In this document: positions 55,101-64,000 of the stretch, piece after piece
Position numbering within the stretch: the stretch's first letter is position 1
Layout: each line of letters opens with the position of its first letter
DNA from: the human T2T-CHM13v2.0 reference genome, Homo sapiens
Strand: one strand, 5' to 3'
Assembly (NCBI RefSeq): GCF_009914755.1
Contig: NC_060939.1
Length of the DNA stretch: 64,000 bases
Program-made: the position numbers and the translations under genes
The notes under the pieces: generated by a model
What the model was told of the DNA's origin: nothing
The model's database searches: none
The model's input: only the letters and a program-made list of their open reading frames with translations

Positions 55101-57104
55101 AATCAATTACATAGCAATCCATTACATTCGAGTCTATTCTATTCCGTTCCGTTCGATTTCGTTCCAATCCATTCGATTTCATTCCATTCGATTCCATTCC
55201 ATACTATTGCATTCCATTCGATTACATTATATTCGAATAAGTTCCATTCAAGACCATTTCTTTTGAGTCCATTCTATTTGAGTCCATTCCCTTTGATTCC
55301 ATAACATTTGAGTCCATTCAATTCCATTCCTTTCGTTTCCATTCCATTTGATGCCATTCCATTCAATTCTGTTCTACTCGACTCCAATACATTCAATTCC
55401 ATTCCATCCGATTCCATTACATTCTTTTCATTTCTTATCCATTTCAAGCCATTCCACTCCATTCCATTCCACTCGTTTCCTTTCCATTCGAGTCCATTCC
55501 TCTCCAGTCCATTCCGTTCAATCCATTCCATTCCAGTCCATTCCATTCGAGTCCGTTCCATTCCAGTCCAATCCATTCGAGTCAATTCCATTCCATTCGA
55601 TGTCTTTCCATAACGATCCATTCCATTCTATTCCTTTCGATTCCATTCCATTCTATTTCATTCCATTCGATTCCCTTCCATTGGACTCCTTTCCATTCGA
55701 GTGCATTCCATTCCGTTCCATTTCTTTCCGTTCTGTACGATTCCTACCGTTCGATTTCATTTTCTTCCAGTCCATTCCTTTCGCGTCCATTCCATTCCAT
55801 TTCACTCCATTCGATTCCATTCCACTCGATTCCACTTCGTTCCATTTCATTGCATTCCATTCTATTCAACTCTATTGCCTTCCATTCCATTCCATTCGAT
55901 TACATTCCATGCGATTCCATTCGAAATCGAATCAATTACATTGCAATCCATTACTATTGAGTCCGTTTTATTCCAGTCCACTGCATTCTGGTCCATTCCA
56001 TTTGATTCCATTCCATTCTATTCCATTCCATACAGTTGCATTCCATTGGATTCCATTCTATATCTATAAATTCAATTCGAGACCATTGCTTTTGAATCCA
56101 TTCTATATGATTCCATTCCATTCAAGTCCATTACATTTGGTTCAATTCCATTCCATTCCATTCCGTTCCATTCCATTCCAGTTGATATCAATCCATTCGA
56201 TTCCATTCCATTTGAGCACATTCCATTCGAGTCCATTCCATTCGATGCCATTCCATTTGATTCTATTCCATTAGTCTCCATTCAATTCCATTAATCTCCA
56301 TTCCATTCCATTCTACTCCAACTGATTCCATTCCATTCTATTCCTTTCCATTCCATTTCATTCCATTCCATTCCATTTCATTCCATTCCATTCCATTCGC
56401 TTCCATTCCATTCGTGTCCATTCCACTCCAGTCCATTCCATTCGTGTCCATTCCATTCCAGTCCATTCCATTTGTGTCCACTGCATTCCATTCCACTCCA
56501 TTCCATATTATTCCATTACACTCCATTCCATTCTATTACTTTCATTTCCATTCAATTCCATTCCATTTGATTCCATTCCACTCGGTTTCATTCCATTTGA
56601 GTCCACTCCATTCCATTCCATTCCATTCCATTCTGTTCCATTCCATGCTGTTCCATTCCATTCCGTTCCATTGCATTCCATTCCATTCGGTACCATTCCA
56701 TATTGTTCCATTCGATTCCATTCGAATCCATTCCATTCCAGTCCATTCCATTCGATTCCATTCCATTCCTTTCAATTCCATTCCATTCCATTCCATTCCA
56801 CTTGATTCCACTCCATTCCCTTCCACTACATTCCATTCGATTCCATTCCATTCCATTGCATTCCATTCCATTGGACTGCATTCCATTCGATTCCATTCCA
56901 TTCGAATCAATTACATAGCAATCCATTACATTCGAGTCTATTCTATTCCGTTCCATTCGATTTCATTCCAATCCATTCGATTCCATTCCATTCGATTCCA
57001 TTCCATACTATTGCATTCCATTCTATTACATTATATTCGAATAAGTTCCATTCAAGACCATTTCTTTTGAGTCCATTCTATTTGAGTCCATTCCCTTTGA
57101 TTCC

Positions 57105-60100
57105 ATAATATTTGAGTCCATTCAATTCCATTCCTTTCGTTTCCATTCCATTTGATGCCATTCCACTCAATTCTGTTCTACTCGACTCCAATACATTCAA
57201 TTCCATTCCATCCGATTCCATTACATTCTTTTCATTTCTTATCCATTTCAAGCCATTCCACTCCATTCCATTCCACTCGTTTCCTTTCCATTCGAGTCCA
57301 TTCCTCTCCAGTCCATTCCGTTCAATCCATTCCATTCCAGTCCATTCCATTCGAGTCCGTTCCATTCCAGTCCATTCCATTCGATGTCTTTCCATAACGA
57401 TCCATTCCATTCTATTCCTTTCGATTCCATTCCATTCTATTTCATTCCATTCGATTCCCTTCCATTGGACTCCTTTCCATTCGAGTGCATTCCATTCCGT
57501 TCCATTTCTTTCCGTTCTGTACGATTCTTATCGTTCGATTTCATTTTGTTCCAGTCCATTCCTTTCGCGTCCATTCCATTCCATTTCACTCCATTCGATT
57601 CCATTCCACTCGATTCCACTTCGTTCCATTTCATTGCATTCCATTCTATTCAACTCTATTGCCTTCCATTCCATTCCATTCGATTACATTCCATGCGATT
57701 GCATTCGAAATCGAATCAATTACATTGCAATCCATTACTATTGAGTCCGTTTTATTCCTGTCCACTGCATTCTGGTCCATTCCATTTGATTCCATTCCAT
57801 TCTATTCCATTCCATACAGTTGCATTCCTTTGGATTCCATGCTATATCTATAAATTCAATTCGAGACCATTGCTTTTGAGTCCATTCTATATGATTCCAT
57901 TCCATTCAAGTCCATTACATTTGGTTCAATTCCATTCCATTCCAGTTGATATCAATCCATTCGATTCCATTCCGTTCGAGCACATTCCATTCGAGTCCAT
58001 TCCATTCGATGCCATTCCATTTGATTCTATGCCATTAGTCTCCATTCAATTCCATTAATCTCCATTCCATTCCATTCTACTCCAACTGATTCCATTCCAT
58101 TCTATTCCTTTCCATTCCATTTCATTCCATTCCATTCCATTTCATTCCATTCCATTCGTGTCCATTCCACTCCAGTCCATTCCATTCGTGTCCATTCCAT
58201 TCCAGTCCATTCCATTTGTGTCCACTGCATTCCATTCCACTCCATTCCATATTATTCCATTACACTCCATTCCATTCTATTACTTTCATTTCCATTCAAT
58301 TCCATTCCATTTGATTCCATTCCACTCGGTTTCATTCCATTTGAGTCCACTCCATTCCATTCCATTCCATTCCGTTCAGTTCCATTTCATTCTGTTCCAT
58401 TCCATTCCGTTCCATTACATTCCATTCCATTCGGTACCATTCCATATTGTTCCATTCGATTCCATTCGAATCCATTCCATTCCAGTCCATTCCATTCGAT
58501 TCCATTCCATTCATTTCAATTCCATTCCATTCCATTCCATTACATTCCACTTGATTCCTCTCCATTCCCTTCCACTGCATTCCGTTCGATTCCATTCCAT
58601 TGCATTGCATTCCATTCCATTGGATTGCATTCCATTCGATTCCATTCCATTCGAATCAATTACATAGCAATCCATTACATTCGAGTCTATTCTATTCCGT
58701 TCCATTCGATTTCGTTCCAATCCATTCGATTCCATTCCATTCGATTCCATTCCATACTATTGCATTCCATTCGATTACATTATATTCGAATAAGTTCCAT
58801 TCAAGACCATTTCTTTTGAGTCCATTCTATTTGAGTCCATTCCCTTTGATTCCATAACATTTGAGTCCATTCAATTCCATTCCTTTCGTTTCCATTCCAT
58901 TTGATGCCATTCCATTCAATTCTGTTCTACTCGACTCCAATACATTCAATTCCATTCCATCCGATTCCATTACATTCTTTTCATTTCTTATCCATTTCAA
59001 GCCATTCCACTCCATTCCATTCCACTCGTTTCCTTTCCATTCGAGTCCATTCCTCTCCAGTCCATTCCGTTCAATCCATTCCATTCCAGTCCATTCCATT
59101 CGAGTCCGTTCCATTCCAGTCCTCTCTATTCGAGTCAATTCCATCCCATTCGATGTCTTTCCATAACGATCCATTCCATTCTATTCCTTTCGATTCCATT
59201 CCATTCTATTTCATTCAATTCGATTCCCTTCCATTGGACTCCTTTCCATTCGAGTGCATTCCATTCCGTTCCATTTCTTACAGTTCTGTACGATTCCTAC
59301 CGTTCGATTTCAATTTGTTCCAGTCCATTCCTTTCGCGTCCATTCCATTCCATTTCACTCCATTCGATTCCATTCCACTCGATTCCACTTCGTTCCATTT
59401 CATTGCATTCCATTCTATTCAACTCTATTGCCTTCCATTCCATTCCATTCGATTACATTCCATGCGATTCCGTTCGAAATCGAATCAATTACATTGCAAT
59501 CCATTACTATTGAGTCCGTTTTATTCCAGTCCACTGCATTCTGGTCCATTCCATTTGATTCCATTCCATTCTATTCCATTCCATAGAGTTGCATTCCATT
59601 GGATTCCATTCTATATCTATAAATTCAATTCGAGACCATTGCTTTTGAATCCATTCTATATGATTCCATTCCATTCAAGTCCATTACATTTGGTTCAATT
59701 CCATTCCATTCCATTCCCTTCCATTCCATTCCAGTTGATATCAATCCATTCGATTCCATTCCATTCGAGCACATTCCATTTGAGTCCATTCCATTCGATG
59801 CCATTCCATTTGATTCTATTCCATTAGTCTCCATTCAATTCCATTAATCTCCATTCCATTCCATTCTACTCCAACTGATTCCATTCCATTCTATTCCTTT
59901 CCATTCCATTTCATTCCATTCCATTCCATTTCATTCCATTTCATTCCATTCCATTCCATTTCATTCCATTCCATTCCATTCGCTTCCATTCCATTCGTGT
60001 CCATTCCACTCCAGTCCATTCCATTCGTGTCCATTCCATTCCAGTCCATTCCATTTGTGTCCACTGCATTCCATTCCACTCCATTCCATATTATTCCATT

Positions 60101-61640
60101 ACACTCCATTCCATTCTATTACTTTCATTTCCATTCAATTCCATTCCATTTGATTCCATTCCACTCGGTTTCATTCCATTTGAGTCCACTCCATTCCATT
60201 CCATTCCATTCCATTCAGTTCCATTCCATTCTGTTCCATTCCATTCCGTTCCATTGCATTCCATTCCATTCGGTACCATTCCATATTGTTCCATTCGATT
60301 CCATTCGAATCCATTCCATTCCAGTCGATTCCATTCGATTCCATTCCATTCCATTCAATTCCATTCCATTCCATTCCATTCCACTTGATTCCACTCCATT
60401 CCCTTCCACTGCATTCCATTCGATTCCATTCCATTGCATTGCATTCCATTCCATTGGACTGCATTCCATTCGATTCCATTCCATTCGAATCAATTACATA
60501 GCAATCCATTACATTCGAGTCTATTCTATTCCATTCCATTCGATTTCGTTCCAATCCATTCGATTCCATTCCATTCGATTCCATTCCATACTATTGCATT
60601 CCATTCTATTACATTATATTCGAATAAGTTCCATTCAAGACCATTTCTTTTGAGTCCATTCTATTTGAGTCCATTCCCTTTGATTCCATAATATTTGAGT
60701 CCATTCAATTCCATTCCTTTCGTTTCCATTCCATTTGATGCCATTCCATTCAATTCTGTTCTACTCGACTCCAATACATTCAATTCATTCCATTCGATTC
60801 CATTACATTCTTTTCATTTCTTATCCATTTCAAGCCATTCCACTCCATTCCATTCCACTCGTTTCCTTTCCATTCGAGTCCATTCCTCTCCAGTCCATTC
60901 CGTTCAATCCATTCCATTCCAGTCCATTCCATTCGAGTCCGTTCCATTCCAGTCCATTCCATTCGAGTCAATTCCATTCCATTCGATGTCTTTCCATAAC
61001 GATCCATTCCATTCTATTCCTTTCGATTCCATTCCATTCTATTTCATTCCATTCGATTCCCTTCCATTGGACTCCTTTCCATTCGAGTGCATTCCATTCC
61101 GTTCCGTTTCTTTCCGTTCTGTACGATTCCTACCGTTCGATTTCATTTTGTTCCAGTCCATTCCTTTCGCGTCCATTCCATTCCATTTCACTCCATTCGA
61201 TTCCATTCCACTCGATTCCACTTCGTTCCATTTCATTGCATTCCGTTCTATTCAACTCTATTGCCTTCCATTCCATTCCATTCGATTACATTCCATGCGA
61301 TTGCATTCGAAATCGAATCAATTACATTGCAATCCATTACTATTGAGTCTGTTTTATTCCAGTCCACTGCATTCTGGTCCATTCCATTTGATTCCATTCC
61401 ATTCTATTCCATTCCATACAGTTGCATTCCTTTGGATTCCATGCTATATCTATAAATTCAATTCGAGACCATTGCTTTTGAGTCCATTCTATATGATTCC
61501 ATTCCATTCAAGTCCATTACATTTGGTTCAATTCCATTCCATTCCAGTTGATATCAATCCATTCGATTCCATTCCATTCGAGCACATTCCATTCGAGTCC
61601 ATTCCATTCGATGCCATTCCATTTGATTCTATGCCATTAG
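57105..61640 (+). repeat. Related blocks at 2-unit offset (3583-3602 bp): ~57100-58040 and ~60690-61640
   Basis: Shared cataatattt (t at 57109/60692), gcgattgcatt (g at 57701/61303), cctttgg 57827/61429, the 20-bp deletion and ctatgcc. The offset changes by 19 bp, which a private 20-bp deletion (~57381) and a 1-bp deletion (~60786) explain. Confidence 0.78.
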
Positions 61641-64000
61641 TCTCCATTCAATTCCATTAATCTCCATTCCATTCCATTCTACTCCAACTGATTCCATTCC
61701 ATTCTATTCCTTTCCATTCCATTTCATTCCATTCCATTCCATTTCATTCCATTCCATTCCATTCGTGTCCATTCCACTCCAGTCCATTCCATTCGTGTCC
61801 ATTCCATTCCAGTCCATTCCATTTGTGTCCACTGCATTCCATTCCACTCCATTCCATATTATTCCATTACACTCCATTCCATTCTATTACTTTCATTTCC
61901 ATTCAATTCCATTCCATTTGATTCCATTCCACTCGGTTTCATTCCATTTGAGTCCACTCCTTTCCATTCCATTCCATTCCATTCAGTTCCATTCCATTCT
62001 GTTCCATTCCATTCCGTTCCATTACATTCCATTCCATTCGGTACCATTCCATATTGTTCCATTCGATTCCATTCGAATCCATTCCTTCCAGTCCATTACA
62101 TTCAATTCCATTCCATTCATTTCAATTCCATTCCATTCCATTCCATTACATTCCACTTGATTCCTCTCCATTCCCTTTCACTGCATTCCGTTCGATTCCA
62201 TTCCATTGCATTGCATTCCATTCCATTGGATTGCATTCCATTCGATTCCATTCCATTCGAATCAATTACATAGCAATCCATTACATTCGAGTCTATTCTA
62301 TTCCGTTCCATTCGATTTCGTTCCAATCCATTCGATTCCATTCCATTCGATTCCATTCCATACTATTGCATTCCATTCGATTACATTATATTCGAATAAG
62401 TTCCATTCAAGACCATTTCTTTTGAGTCCATTCTATTTGAGTCCATTCCCTTTGATTCCATAACATTTGAGTCCATTCAATTCCATTCCTTTCGTTTCCA
62501 TTCCATTTGATGCCATTCCATTCAATTCTGTTCTACTCGACTCCAATACATTCAATTCCATTCCATCCGATTCCATTACATTCTTTTCATTTCTTATCCA
62601 TTTCAAGCCATTCCACTCCATTCCATTCCACTCGTTTCCTTTCCATTCGAGTCCATTCCTCTCCAGTCCATTCCGTTCAATCCATTCCATTCCAGTCCAT
62701 TCCATTCGAGTCCGTTCCATTCCAGTCCATTCCATTCGAGTCAATTCCATCCCATTCGATGTCTTTCCATAACGATCCATTCCATTCTATTCCTTTCGAT
62801 TCCATTCCATTCTATTTCATTCCATTCGATTCCCTTCCATTGGACTCCTTTCCATTCGAGTGCATTCCATTCCGTTCCATTTCTTTCCGTTCTGTACGAT
62901 TCCTACCGTTCGATTTCATTTTGTTCCAGTCCATTCCTTTCGCGTCCATTCCATTCCATTTCACTCCATTCGATTCCATTCCACTCGATTCCACTTCGTT
63001 CCATTTCATTGCATTCCATTCTATTCAACTCTATTGCCTTCCATTCCATTCCATTCGATTACATTCCATGCGATTCCATTCGAAATCGAATCAATTACAT
63101 TGCAATCCATTACTATTGAGTCCATTTTATTCCAGTCCACTGCATTCTGGTCCATTCCATTTGATTCCATTCCATTCTATTCCATTCCATACAGTTGCAT
63201 TCCATTGGATTCCATTCTATATCTATAAATTCAATTCGAGACCATTGCTTTTGAGTCCATTCTATATGATTCCATTCCATTCAAGTCCATTACATTTGGT
63301 TCAATTCCATTCCATTCCAGTTGATATCAATCCATTCGATTCCATTCCATTCGAGCACATTCCATTCGAGTCCATTCCATTCGATGCCATTCCATTTGAT
63401 TCTATTCCATTAGTCTCCATTCAATTCCATTAATCTCCATTCCATTCCATTCTACTCCAACTGATTCCATTCCTTTCTATTCCTTTCCATTCCATTTCAT
63501 TCCATTCCATTCCATTTCATTCCATTCCATTCCATTCGTGTCCATTCCTCTCCAGTCCATTCCATTCGTGTCCATTCCATTCCAGTCCATTCCATTTGTG
63601 TCCACTGCATTCCATTCCACTCCATTCCATATTATTCCATTACACTCCATTCCATTCTATTACTTTCATTTCCATTCAATTCCATTCCATTTGATTCCAT
63701 TCCACTCGGTTTCATTCCATTTGAGTCCACTCCATTCCATTCCATTCCATTCCATTCAGTTCCATTCCATTCTGTTCCATTCCATTCCGTTCCATTAGAT
63801 TCCATTCCATTCGGTACCATTCCATATTGTTCCATTCGATTCCATTCTAATCCATTCCATTCCAGTCCATTCCATTCGATTCCATTCCATTCATTTCAAT
63901 TCCATTCCATTCCATTCCATTCCACTTGATTCCACTCCATTCCCTTCCACTGCATTCCATTCGATTCCATTCCATTGCATTGCATTCCATTCCATTGGAC

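Larger units (their letters stand above)
1..64000 (+). repeat. Satellite III (HSat3) array, diverged (CATTC)n/(GAATG)n pentamer, about 36 tandem ~1.8 kb higher-order units
   Basis: CATTC and its variants (GATTC, GAGTC, CAGTC, CATTT, CACTC) fill the window end to end on one strand. A recurring anchor (ORF-track start 'MSPFNSIPF') falls at 1664, 3453, 5212, 6971, 8750, 10529, 12323 ... 58861, 60695, 62467: 34 intervals, mean ~1788 bp. Long runs of pure CATTC favour HSat3 over the CATTCGATTC-based HSat2. Confidence 0.98.

Noticed and set aside
1-64000. CRISPR-like repeat-spacer array or a new gene-based system
   Set aside because: There are no unique spacers, no cas-like or other complex ORFs and no unique sequence at all. 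Everything is pentamer-derived and repeats every ~1.8 kb.
1-64000. Embedded transposon (Alu/L1/LTR), alpha satellite/CENP-B box, telomeric repeat or strand inversion
   Set aside because: All anchor intervals are 1749-1834 bp, leaving no room for an insertion. I saw no poly(A), no TTAGGG run, and no (GAATG)n block on the + strand.
1-64000. Assignment to DYZ1 (Y, ~3.6 kb unit) or the chr1 HSat2 ~1.8 kb unit
   Set aside because: The base period is 1.8 kb with near-identical neighbours rather than 3.6 kb. Long pure CATTC runs dominate instead of HSat2-type CATTCGATTC. This was not confirmed by alignment.

Overview
The whole 64 kb is one uninterrupted, single-orientation array of Satellite III-type DNA (HSat3): a diverged (CATTC)n pentamer with the C-rich strand on +. 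It is organised into about 36 tandem copies of a ~1.8 kb higher-order unit. Periods measured from a recurring anchor are 1749-1834 bp, mean ~1788 bp. Each unit normally carries one KpnI site (GGTACC) and one EcoRV site (GATATC), which best matches the human chromosome 15p D15Z1 / HSat3A5 array; this assignment is an inference and no search was run. I see no genes, RNA genes, transposons, CRISPR array or strand inversion. All ORFs in the track (HSIPF.. / MEWNG..) are by-products of a stop-poor pentamer. I found no new gene-based biological system. What is informative is the array's architecture: the unit is itself an ancient ~0.9 kb dimer; two unit subtypes are interleaved, with recombinant hybrids; there are several recent 1-, 2- and 3-unit-offset duplications; variants show left-right polarity; indels strictly preserve the pentamer phase; and doublet or clustered substitutions recur.
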